Assembly: GCA_944388585.1 (NCBI GenBank)
Contig: CALXJI010000003.1
Span: 79,360 to 143,359, forward strand
DNA length: 64,000 nt
Direction: 5' to 3'
Source of the DNA: an uncultured Clostridia bacterium
Lineage (GTDB): Bacteria; Bacillota; Clostridia; TANB77; CAG-465
The position numbers and the translations under genes are program-made. Below the pieces are notes generated by a model, which was given only the letters and a program-made list of their open reading frames with translations, searched no databases and had not been told where the DNA came from. Below are positions 10,218 through 18,895 of this stretch, in pieces. Within the stretch, counting starts at the first letter, position 1. The number at the start of each line of letters is the position of its first letter.

Positions 10218-12389
10218 ATGAAATATTTAAAATACTTTTTAAAAAAATTAAAAAATTTTCTATTAAATTTACTACTTTTATTTTTATTCTTTTCCCCATT
10301 TGTAGTATTTTTTTCTTTTATGTTAATGGCAATAGTAAGTGAAGCGATAGATAATGGTGATCTTAATTTAAATCCAAATGATTATTGTAATTTAACAGAT
10401 GTTAACTATACTGCTGTACTATATGATGATCCTGATGGAAGTGCTAGTGTTGAAATTACTGAATATCTAACATTTGATGTTCACGCAGATTCACCATCTA
10501 ATACATATAAAGAATTATGGAGGGAACTTCCTGAAGATTATGTTGATGGTCTAAGAATAACCTATGACGTTGAATCAGTATCACAAATTTTAGATAACGG
10601 TCAAGAAATACCTTATACTGAGACTGATGAAATGTATTGGGAAGATTATGACTATACAGAAAGCTCTACTATGTATTGGCACCATAGTGATGGCTCAGGA
10701 ACATATCCTGATAATGATGAATCGTTATTAATATATATTCCTTGGACATACAGAGATAAATTAACATTTAAAATTGTATATTCAATGAATAATGCATCAT
10801 TAAGGTATAAAGATTGCTCTGAATTATATTTATCTATGTATTCTGGAAATACTATTACAAAACTAAATTCTTATAAAGCTCAAATTCTTATACCAAATGA
10901 AATAATGCCTTCTACATACTATGCATATACATTTGGTACATCTAATAGTAGATTGCCTTACAGTGAATCTGACACTATAAATCCTGGATATCACACATTC
11001 TCAATTGATTTAGATAAGTCAGATTTAAAATTTGATCGTTACAGTGAATATTTAGAATTTTGTTTACTTGCTTATGGTGATGACAAACGTATCTTTACGC
11101 AAAATGCTCCTACTAATATGTATTCTGGTCAAAATGTTTTAGATGAATGTATTGCAGAAAATGAGTACTATGAGACTAGAAATGAAAGATATAAAACATA
11201 TAAGATAGTATTACTTGTAATTTCTATACTTGGATCTGGTATACTTGTTATTAGCGGTATAAGAAAGTACAAAAAAATGAAAGAAAAATACACTTTTTAT
11301 GAGCCAGAAATAGACTTTGACTACTTTAGAGAAATACCAAGTGATTTAGATCCAATTTTTGCATCAGAATTAGTTTTTATGAAAGATCCTTTTGATGAAA
11401 ACAAAGAAAAAAAAGAAGAATATGCGGCAATTTTACTTAGTTTAGTAAGGAAGAACTATATTAAATTAACTAAACTAGATGCAAATAAAGACTGGACAAA
11501 TTCTAATACCGTAATATCTTTAGAGCCTATACGCACTGAATCTTTTATTCCTACTTTTAATGACTCTCCAGATTATTCACCAGAGCCTATTTATACCTCT
11601 ATAAATGAAAATACTGGAGAAAAAGTAGAAGCACTTACAACATCTGAAAGACTTTACTTAGAACTATTAGAAAGACATTCTAAGACTAAAAATAATTCAA
11701 TTACAATAAGTCAATTACAAGAATGTATAAATTCAGACTATGAATATACAAATTCATTTATAAAAGATATTGAAAAGAAACCAGTTCTGGAAAATGGTGT
11801 AATTAAAGGATACTTTCAGACTGCAGAATATGATAAACCAAAAAAAGAGCTTGAAAAAATGGCAAAATCAAGTTTACGCTTAGGATTGTTTTTACTAGTT
11901 GTTGTAAATTGTATTTCGTATTTTACACCTTTAGCTTTATGCTTCGGAGCTTATACTATTTTAGGTGTTGCTTGCTTATGGAAATATTTTTACCTAAATA
12001 TAAAATCAAGTAATTTACTTTTACTTACACAATTTGGTGCTAATGAACAAGCAAAGTGGTATGGTCTATATAACTTCTTAAAAAGTGATACATTAATCAA
12101 AGAAAGAGAAATTCATGAATTACCTTTATGGGAAAAATACTTAATTTATGCAACTGCCTTTGGTATTTCAGAAAAAGTTATTAAAGCCATAAAAATAAAT
12201 GCAGTAGAGTTAAATATTGATAATAGTCCAATATTAAATCACAATTTTTATATTCACTCACACAACTTTCATAGAACTTCCAGAGCTTTAGGTCGTTCAA
12301 TTCATACTTTTTCAAGAGGTGGTGGATTTAGAGGTCATGGTTATGGAGGCGGTGGCCGCGGAGGTGGCGGCGGTGGCGGTGGCCATTAA
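10218..12389 (+). CDS. DUF2207-like membrane protein with C-terminal glycine-rich tail
   Basis: Signal/TM N-terminus, large extracytoplasmic domain, central TM helices, C-terminal GGGFRGHGYGGGGRGGGGGGGGH tail as in DUF2207 proteins; true start may be an internal Met. Confidence 0.5.
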   Translation: MKYLKYFLKKLKNFLLNLLLLFLFFSPFVVFFSFMLMAIVSEAIDNGDLNLNPNDYCNLTDVNYTAVLYDDPDGSASVEITEYLTFDVHADSPSNTYKELWRELPEDYVDGLRITYDVESVSQILDNGQEIPYTETDEMYWEDYDYTESSTMYWHHSDGSGTYPDNDESLLIYIPWTYRDKLTFKIVYSMNNASLRYKDCSELYLSMYSGNTITKLNSYKAQILIPNEIMPSTYYAYTFGTSNSRLPYSESDTINPGYHTFSIDLDKSDLKFDRYSEYLEFCLLAYGDDKRIFTQNAPTNMYSGQNVLDECIAENEYYETRNERYKTYKIVLLVISILGSGILVISGIRKYKKMKEKYTFYEPEIDFDYFREIPSDLDPIFASELVFMKDPFDENKEKKEEYAAILLSLVRKNYIKLTKLDANKDWTNSNTVISLEPIRTESFIPTFNDSPDYSPEPIYTSINENTGEKVEALTTSERLYLELLERHSKTKNNSITISQLQECINSDYEYTNSFIKDIEKKPVLENGVIKGYFQTAEYDKPKKELEKMAKSSLRLGLFLLVVVNCISYFTPLALCFGAYTILGVACLWKYFYLNIKSSNLLLLTQFGANEQAKWYGLYNFLKSDTLIKEREIHELPLWEKYLIYATAFGISEKVIKAIKINAVELNIDNSPILNHNFYIHSHNFHRTSRALGRSIHTFSRGGGFRGHGYGGGGRGGGGGGGGH

Positions 12390-12408
12390 TATAATCTAAA
12401 GTCAAACA

Positions 12409-12450
12409 AAAAAGAGTATTAATGAAGAAACTTCATTATATACTCTTTTT
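12409..12450. terminator. long bidirectional hairpin terminator between convergent genes
   Basis: AAAAAGAGTATTAATGAAG-aaa-CTTCATTATATACTCTTTTT, flanked by T runs on both strands. Confidence 0.7.
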
Positions 12451-13910
12451 TATTTTAATAATACATCTTCCAATTTCAGTGAATCTAATTTTATATTAAG
12501 ACTACTCTCTATTTTCTTTTTACTTATTGTTTTGTAAATTGTTTTTGAAATATATTTTTCTGCAAAACTAATTATTTCTTTATAATCATCAATATCATCA
12601 GGAAAATATATTCCGCCTTTATCCTTGTGCTTTATCATCCAACAAGTAGCAGATAAAGCTGACATGGATACAGGAGTTATTGTTGGTGTTTGCCAAAAAG
12701 AGGATTTTTTATCCTTATATAAAAAACTTTTCTTTATCCTATTTCCTACCCATACTGGTCTAAATTTATTTCCCAATAACAATACTCCTACATACTCTGT
12801 ACCATGCTTTATATTTTCCTTATAAATAATTTCAGCTCTTTCAGGATATTTATATCCTCTTATAATTGAGACATTATCATCTTGAGGCTTATTTATATCT
12901 GTATGTAAATAATCATTTACTTTAGCTTCTTTTAAATATTTTATTGCAAAATCACAAGGAGAATATAAAAATATAACTGTTGGTCTATATATAACTTTAT
13001 CTTCTTTTTTTACTTCAAGAGATTTAGCAATAGTAATTGTCTCTTCGTGCGGTACTAAAAAACCTTCAAAATATCCATTTGGATAATATGTTTTTCCCAC
13101 TTTATTAATTGCAATATCTTTAAATTCTAAAAAGCCATTTTTAAAATCTATTTTTTTAATTTCTTCCTTATCATTTATTATTTCATCAGTTCCAATATTT
13201 GCGGTTGCTTCACTCAACATTTCGAAAAAAAATGAATCAACTGACCATGTACTATATAACTTATCCTTTTCAAACTTATCTTTAACCTCTTGATAATCGT
13301 TATCATTTACATGAATTTCCTTTAAATCAAGTTCTCTGGCAAGCTCATTAAATTTATGTTCCTTCAATAACATATTATATTTTTGATTATTCTTAAATTG
13401 ATTTTTTACAATATATTCAAGTCCTGCTTTTACAAAATGAGAAACTAATCCAGGATTATTTCCATGATGGATTACAATTGGATATTTATTTACATTATTT
13501 TCTTTCCTTAATAAATTACGTAATTCATTTTTCTTTATATTTTCCTCAAAAATATTATACCAATTATCGCTCCAATCTGTTTCTCCTGTATTTAAATACA
13601 TTACATTTTTGTTGGCACACCATTCTATAAAATCTCTTGTACCAACACTATCTGCAAAATCGATCAGCAAATCTCCTTCACTCAAATATTTACTAAATAT
13701 ATTTTTAAAATTTTCTCTATTAATCTCAGCTACAATAAAATTTCCAATATTTCCTCCCATTTCAAGAAAAAAAGCATATTCAAGTTTATCCATAGAAATA
13801 ACATAATATTTTTCTTTATCAAACTTTATTTCTTTAGATACTTTTTCAAAAAAACTCTTTCCTACTGCTCCAAACCCAAATTGTACTATTCTATTATTAA
13901 ATTCAATCAT
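12450..13910 (-). CDS. homospermidine synthase-like NAD-dependent enzyme (saccharopine-dehydrogenase fold)
   Basis: 486 aa; N-terminal Rossmann motif RIVQFGFGAVGKSF parallels bacterial HSS (IVMIGFGSIGRG); length matches bacterial HSS. Confidence 0.5.
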   Translation of the reverse strand: MIEFNNRIVQFGFGAVGKSFFEKVSKEIKFDKEKYYVISMDKLEYAFFLEMGGNIGNFIVAEINRENFKNIFSKYLSEGDLLIDFADSVGTRDFIEWCANKNVMYLNTGETDWSDNWYNIFEENIKKNELRNLLRKENNVNKYPIVIHHGNNPGLVSHFVKAGLEYIVKNQFKNNQKYNMLLKEHKFNELARELDLKEIHVNDNDYQEVKDKFEKDKLYSTWSVDSFFFEMLSEATANIGTDEIINDKEEIKKIDFKNGFLEFKDIAINKVGKTYYPNGYFEGFLVPHEETITIAKSLEVKKEDKVIYRPTVIFLYSPCDFAIKYLKEAKVNDYLHTDINKPQDDNVSIIRGYKYPERAEIIYKENIKHGTEYVGVLLLGNKFRPVWVGNRIKKSFLYKDKKSSFWQTPTITPVSMSALSATCWMIKHKDKGGIYFPDDIDDYKEIISFAEKYISKTIYKTISKKKIESSLNIKLDSLKLEDVLLK

Positions 13911-13913
13911 TAT

Positions 13914-14576
13914 TTATATCTCTTCCTTTTCAAATTTTTCTTTTATTGTTTTCTTTAAAATAATTCTTTTAGGACATGCATATCCATCTGTTATATAAAT
14001 TTCAATTCCCTTACTTTGAAAATTTAATAAAATCTTTTTTATATCCTGGTTAATAGTATCACCTATAACTATTATTTTATCTATATTATTTTGTTTGAAA
14101 TATTCAGCAGACGGAACATCTTGTTTATATAAGTCCCAACTATTATCAAAAATTGATTCTTTTGATCTATATCTATTTATTCTGTAACTATCTAATAAAA
14201 AAGCTGGATTTGCATCGTTTTTTAGATTAATATTTTTTAGTATTTCACTACCATTTATTAGACAACTTTCTATTAAATAAGTGTTATTAGTAGCAATACA
14301 TCCTTGTTGTTCATCAGTGCCATTAAAAACGGGGATTGGTCTATATCCTAAATAAGATAAAGCAATTCCAAACTCTATACTCTCTTTACCAGGTAAATCC
14401 ACAAATATAGCACTATCTTGTTGATATTTCTTTATAAACACTATTTTTCTATCACACCAATCACTAATAGGTTTTCTATTATAAATATCAATTGCAACAA
14501 ATGGTACTGGTCTTACCCAATCTATCCACTTTGCTCCATTAGGTGCATATATTTTAAAAATATCTTTTCCGTTCAT
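13914..14576 (-). CDS. hypothetical protein (220 aa), translationally coupled between ATP-grasp and HSS-like genes
   Basis: No recognisable motif; several conserved-looking Cys (DWCDRK, QQGCIATNN, GYACPK); 3-4 nt intergenic gaps on both sides. Confidence 0.3.
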   Translation of the reverse strand: MNGKDIFKIYAPNGAKWIDWVRPVPFVAIDIYNRKPISDWCDRKIVFIKKYQQDSAIFVDLPGKESIEFGIALSYLGYRPIPVFNGTDEQQGCIATNNTYLIESCLINGSEILKNINLKNDANPAFLLDSYRINRYRSKESIFDNSWDLYKQDVPSAEYFKQNNIDKIIVIGDTINQDIKKILLNFQSKGIEIYITDGYACPKRIILKKTIKEKFEKEEI

Positions 14577-14587
14577 ATTATCATCCT

Positions 14588-15793
14588 CTATTTTTCAATT
14601 AAAACTGGTATATCTTCTGCATAAGAATCAATTCTTGGATATTGACTCATTCGTGCATAATATCCAGCGTGCTCTCCCTCTATTGTGTAAGAACCAATAC
14701 ATATATGATATTGTTTACCGTCTTCAGTTTTTAAAGGATTACTTTCAAATTTTTTCTGCATCAAATATTGTTTTGGATGTTTTTTTACATCTTTTAATAT
14801 TTTCTCATATTCATCATCTTTACAAGCTTCTTTTATTGAAATTTTTTCTCCTACTCTACCATAAACTGGTTTATATATGTATCCATCTTTTAATGTCGTA
14901 TTTTTTACTTCAAATGTTTCTGGTAATAAGCTTCTCCAAGTTTTCATATCAATACCAGCTTTTTCCAAATCATCCCAAACAAACGGAAATCTTTTACTTT
15001 GAGCATATATACTAATAGGATGATTGCAAGATTTTGTTAAACTACTAAAATATCCATCCCATCTACGTGGATTCATTTGTATAAGCCATTCTAGAGGAGT
15101 AAACCTAAAAATTAAATCTATACTTGTCTGGTTATTTTCTAATATACAATATGCTTTTTTATTTTTAAAATTAATATGATCTGCTGCACCATATATAATA
15201 TTATATCCTTCTTTTTTCAACCTATCTCCCATATATTGCATAACTTGTCTATCGTCACTAAAACATGTACAATGTATCATCATAATTGTACCTTTTTTAT
15301 TTAATTTTTTATTGATAACCTCTACCATTCTTTCACCAAATGAATTATATTCTAAATTAGGAATATCAATAAATTCACGTGCTACATTAGGTAATAATGA
15401 ACTTTCCGCAAAACCTCCAGGGCAATCACTATTTACTTCAGTTACAACCCAATTTCCATTTATACTCGGATGAAAATCATATCTCATAAGTCTAATATTT
15501 TGAGTTTTATCATAATTTTGCATGCTAGGAATTTGCTCTAAAATTTTCTTAGGAAGTGATAGTTTTTTTGCAATTTTTATATTTTTGTTTAAATATTCTT
15601 CTGCTATTATAGTTTCTTTATCCAAGTTTTGAGTTAATTTTACTAACTCCTCATTTTCCTCTTTACTCAATATTAAAACATATTTAGACAAAGTATTATT
15701 ATCACAAAATTGTGGATCCCATTTATAACAATCAAACATTGCTTGAATTTTATAATCGTAATACCTATCTTCAGGAATTTTTATTAATTTCAT
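14588..15793 (-). CDS. circularly permuted ATP-grasp enzyme, glutathionylspermidine-synthetase (GspS/YgiC)-like
   Basis: 401 aa; Mg-site motif VTEVNSDCPGGF (E.N..PG) lies N-terminal to the lysine loop YKPVYGRVGEKISI, the reversed order that marks GspS-type permuted ATP-grasp folds. Confidence 0.5.
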   Translation of the reverse strand: MKLIKIPEDRYYDYKIQAMFDCYKWDPQFCDNNTLSKYVLILSKEENEELVKLTQNLDKETIIAEEYLNKNIKIAKKLSLPKKILEQIPSMQNYDKTQNIRLMRYDFHPSINGNWVVTEVNSDCPGGFAESSLLPNVAREFIDIPNLEYNSFGERMVEVINKKLNKKGTIMMIHCTCFSDDRQVMQYMGDRLKKEGYNIIYGAADHINFKNKKAYCILENNQTSIDLIFRFTPLEWLIQMNPRRWDGYFSSLTKSCNHPISIYAQSKRFPFVWDDLEKAGIDMKTWRSLLPETFEVKNTTLKDGYIYKPVYGRVGEKISIKEACKDDEYEKILKDVKKHPKQYLMQKKFESNPLKTEDGKQYHICIGSYTIEGEHAGYYARMSQYPRIDSYAEDIPVLIEK

Positions 15794-15826
15794 ATATACT
15801 CACTTTCTTTTATACATTTTAGTTTA

Positions 15827-16297
15827 TTAATATATTATCCCATTATTTTCTTTATATTTTTCAAAAAGCTTACTACATTCTTCATGATCTATTTGCGTTA
15901 AATTAATATCTAATGAATTTTTACCCTTAAGATAATTATATAATGCATCATCTCTAAATCCTATTTTAGCAGCATCTTTTCTTGTTGCACCATAATATAC
16001 TTTTTTTATATTTGCCCATACAATAGCACAAAAACACATAGGACATGGTTCACAACTTGTATATAAAATATATCCAGATAAATCATATGTATTTAATTTT
16101 TTACATGCATTTCTTATAGCTTGAATTTCTGCATGTGCAGTAGGATCATTATTTTTAAGCACTTGATTATTTCCTGTAGATATTACTTCTCCATCTTTAT
16201 CTACAATAACTGCACCGAAAGGTCCTCCTTCATTGTTTATAATTCCTTCTTTTGCATTTTCATTTGCTATTTCCATATATTTATTCATACTATACAT
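15827..16297 (-). CDS. guaD: guanine deaminase (CDA fold)
   Basis: 156 aa; GGPFGAVIV..NDPTAHAEIQAIRNACKKL..ILYTSCEPCPMCFCAIVWA nearly collinear with B. subtilis GuaD (156 aa). Confidence 0.7.
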   Translation of the reverse strand: MYSMNKYMEIANENAKEGIINNEGGPFGAVIVDKDGEVISTGNNQVLKNNDPTAHAEIQAIRNACKKLNTYDLSGYILYTSCEPCPMCFCAIVWANIKKVYYGATRKDAAKIGFRDDALYNYLKGKNSLDINLTQIDHEECSKLFEKYKENNGIIY

Positions 16298-16350
16298 CTC
16301 CTATTTTAATCAAAATTAATTTTACTTATTCTTAAACATAATAGCTATAT

Positions 16351-16986
16351 TTATTTAATATACTCATAAAAACTATTAGGTATTCCATATCTTGCAAGAT
16401 GTCCATTCTTATAATTTTCATCATCTGTAACATCTTTTATAACCCAATCATAAGATTTAAAATTATTAGCTTCTTCTTCTGATTCAAATTCTATTTCTAA
16501 ATAAGCTAGGCCTTCTAACTCTCCAGAAAATATATCAATTGCTAACAAATCATCTCCATCTAAAAATTGATATCTTGTTTTTAAAATAGTATTTCCTTCT
16601 CTCTTTTTTATCAAATTTTCATATTCTTCTTTAGTAATATTTATCTCCATCTCGTCTCTTATCATTCCATCTGATGTCATATTAGTTTTTACTGTAAAAG
16701 TGTATTCTTCTCCATTATTTATTCTTCTAACTCTTATTTCTGGAGAAAAACATATATATGTTTGCTCAATCATTGAAATTTGCGAATTAGTTAAATCATA
16801 TGGAATTTTTTCCTTATCTATTATCCATTTTCTCTCTATTTCAACAGAATCTGAAGTTATAGAATTAACTTTCTCAATATATTTTTTATCATATATAATA
16901 TTTTTTAAATAAATAGTAAATACAATAATTAAAATTACTATTAAAATAAAAATTATAATATCTAGTCCAATACTTTTTTTATTCAT
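16351..16986 (-). CDS. membrane-anchored CYTH-domain (triphosphate tunnel metalloenzyme) protein
   Basis: N-terminal TM helix, then the EIERKWII signature of CYTH domains and acidic motifs (EIEFESEEE). Confidence 0.55.
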   Translation of the reverse strand: MNKKSIGLDIIIFILIVILIIVFTIYLKNIIYDKKYIEKVNSITSDSVEIERKWIIDKEKIPYDLTNSQISMIEQTYICFSPEIRVRRINNGEEYTFTVKTNMTSDGMIRDEMEINITKEEYENLIKKREGNTILKTRYQFLDGDDLLAIDIFSGELEGLAYLEIEFESEEEANNFKSYDWVIKDVTDDENYKNGHLARYGIPNSFYEYIK

Positions 16987-16996
16987 ATTCGCTCCT

Positions 16997-17317
16997 TTAT
17001 ATAATTTTTAATGTATTTACATATTCAGAGCATAACCATAAAATTATACTAATTATAATCAATACTATTAAATAAATTTTTATTTTTCTAACTTTTTCTT
17101 CTTTATCTTTTTTGGAAGTATTCATATACCATATAGCAAATAAAATATATGCAAAAACAAGCATAAAAACAAATACTTTAATAGATCCAGATATATCTGA
17201 TATTTCCATATTATGTACTTCTTGACTTGTAAGTCCTCTAACAGCAAATATATATGTAGAATTTAAAGTTAAACTAATACTGATAAATATAAAATACATT
17301 ATTTTTCTTATTTTCAT
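16997..17317 (-). CDS. small membrane protein (2 TM)
   Basis: 106 aa with two hydrophobic helices; no known motif. Confidence 0.35.
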   Translation of the reverse strand: MKIRKIMYFIFISISLTLNSTYIFAVRGLTSQEVHNMEISDISGSIKVFVFMLVFAYILFAIWYMNTSKKDKEEKVRKIKIYLIVLIIISIILWLCSEYVNTLKII

Positions 17318-17387
17318 ATACTCTTCCTCCTATGTTTTAATATTACACATATTTACTTTTTTAATAATAAACATCTTTATAAAAAAT

Positions 17388-17426
17388 AAAAGCTATAAAG
17401 TATAATATATCATACTTTATAGCTTT
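17388..17426 (-). terminator. intrinsic terminator downstream of tRNA-Arg/tadA
   Basis: 14-bp stem AAAGCTATAAAGTA / TACTTTATAGCTTT followed on the minus strand by a T run. Confidence 0.7.
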
Positions 17427-17431
17427 AATAT

Positions 17432-17508
<77 letters not shown>

Positions 17509-17554
17509 AATAACATAATATATTATACAACAAATATTCATATAATTCAAGTTT

Positions 17555-17968
17555 TCACTTTCTTAAGTCTTTAAAAAAATCACTTAATATTTTAGAGCAT
17601 TCTTTATACTCCATATTAACTAACAATTTTTTATCATATTGTGTTGAATTATTATCTAAAGCTCCAAAATATACCTTCTCAATTCTAGCCTGTTTTATCG
17701 CTCCTAAACACATTTGACATGGATATAAAGTAACATACATTTTACATCCTTCAAGTCTCCATGCCTTTAATTTTTTACATGCTTTATTTATACATAAAAT
17801 CTCTGCATGTGCTAAAGCATTTTTTTTAGTTTCACGTAAATTATATGCTCTTGAAATTATCTTATCTTCTTTTACAATAATTGCGCCAACTGGTACTTCT
17901 TTTTTTTTATAAGCTTTTTTTGCCTCTTTAAAAGCTTCAATCATATATTTATCCACATTATCCACCAT
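17555..17968 (-). CDS. tadA: tRNA-specific adenosine deaminase TadA
   Basis: 137 aa; VPVGAIIV...HAEILCINKACKKL...PCQMCLGAI zinc-binding CDA motifs (HAE, PCxxC) at TadA spacing. Confidence 0.8.
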   Translation of the reverse strand: MVDNVDKYMIEAFKEAKKAYKKKEVPVGAIIVKEDKIISRAYNLRETKKNALAHAEILCINKACKKLKAWRLEGCKMYVTLYPCQMCLGAIKQARIEKVYFGALDNNSTQYDKKLLVNMEYKECSKILSDFFKDLRK

Positions 17969-18054
17969 AATTATTATACAGTATATTTGATATAAAATAA
18001 AGCATACTTGAAATTTATTTTAAAAATGATATAATAATAGAAGATTTTAAAAAA

Positions 18055-18131
18055 GACTTTGTAACTCAGTTGGATAGAGTGCTTCCCTCCTAAGGAAGAA
18101 GTCGGCGGTTCAAATCCGCCCAAGGTCACCA
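18055..18131 (+). tRNA. tRNA-Arg (anticodon CCT)
   Basis: GACTTTGTAACTCAGTTGGATAGAGTGCTTCCCTCCTAAGGAAG..GGCGGTTCAAATCCGCCCAAGGTCACCA; anticodon loop CTCCTAA; T-arm GGTTCAAATCC. Confidence 0.9.
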
Positions 18132-18143
18132 TATTTTTCTATA

Positions 18144-18185
18144 AAACATAGTGATTTTTATATAAATACTATGTTTTTATTTTTG
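18144..18185 (+). terminator. intrinsic terminator after tRNA-Arg(CCT)
   Basis: AAAACATAGT..ACTATGTTTT stem followed by TATTTTTG. Confidence 0.7.
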
Positions 18186-18281
18186 ATAGTAAAAAATTAA
18201 ATATTAAGTATCGAAACTACTAAATAAAAATATATTATAACATGCAAAATATAAATAAAAATTATTAATTAATTTTTACAT

Positions 18282-18779
18282 TTAAACAATATATGGCTCT
18301 AATAATTTAAGTAATACCACAACTACAAATGTTGAAAATAATAAAATCATAGTATAAATATAAGAAAGTCTTTTTGAATACGGAGATGCCAACTTTGTCC
18401 ATTCATCCAAATTTTCAACTCTAACCATACCTTTCTTGTTGCACTTTGGACAAACTATTTCTTTTGCATATTTTTTATATTTTGGATAAAATACAATGCA
18501 TTCTTCCGTAGTATATTTTCCGGAATAATAATATTCTATTCTCTTTTCAACTTTTTCTTTTGACTTTCTAAAATAATGTTTTTTTATAAATCCATAGGAA
18601 AAAGTAAAAGTTTCCTTGCAATCATCACAAACACATCTAAATTGAAAACCCAAATTAGAAAGCTTTTTTTTCATTTTTTCAACAATAACTATTAATCCTA
18701 TTACAAACCATAATACAACTACTATAATTGATAATATCACATATGTTTCTGAATCCATAATACCACCCACTATCTTCAC
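18282..18779 (-). CDS. membrane protein with zinc-ribbon (2 x CxxC) between N- and C-terminal TM helices
   Basis: 165 aa; CVCDDCKETF ... CPKCNKKG; hydrophobic termini. Confidence 0.35.
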   Translation of the reverse strand: MKIVGGIMDSETYVILSIIVVVLWFVIGLIVIVEKMKKKLSNLGFQFRCVCDDCKETFTFSYGFIKKHYFRKSKEKVEKRIEYYYSGKYTTEECIVFYPKYKKYAKEIVCPKCNKKGMVRVENLDEWTKLASPYSKRLSYIYTMILLFSTFVVVVLLKLLEPYIV

Positions 18780-18860
18780 ATTTTTATATTATAATTGAAA
18801 TTGTGATATATTAAATTATATCATCTACAATATTTTTATTCCATATATTTTATATAAATT

Positions 18861-18892
18861 ATGAGACTGTTTGAAAAAACAAACAGTCTCAT
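18861..18892 (-). terminator. intrinsic terminator after the 1444-aa gene
   Basis: 13-bp stem ATGAGACTGTTTG / CAAACAGTCTCAT immediately past the stop codon. Confidence 0.7.
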
Positions 18893-18895
18893 ATT

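Noticed and set aside
10218-10330. Long hydrophobic N-terminal extension of the DUF2207-like ORF (MKYLKYFLKKLKNFLLNLLLLFLFF..) as part of the protein
   Set aside because: Likely over-extension to the first ATG; a shorter start (near MLMAIVSEA) is equally possible; cannot be resolved without homologues, so left as annotated with a caveat.
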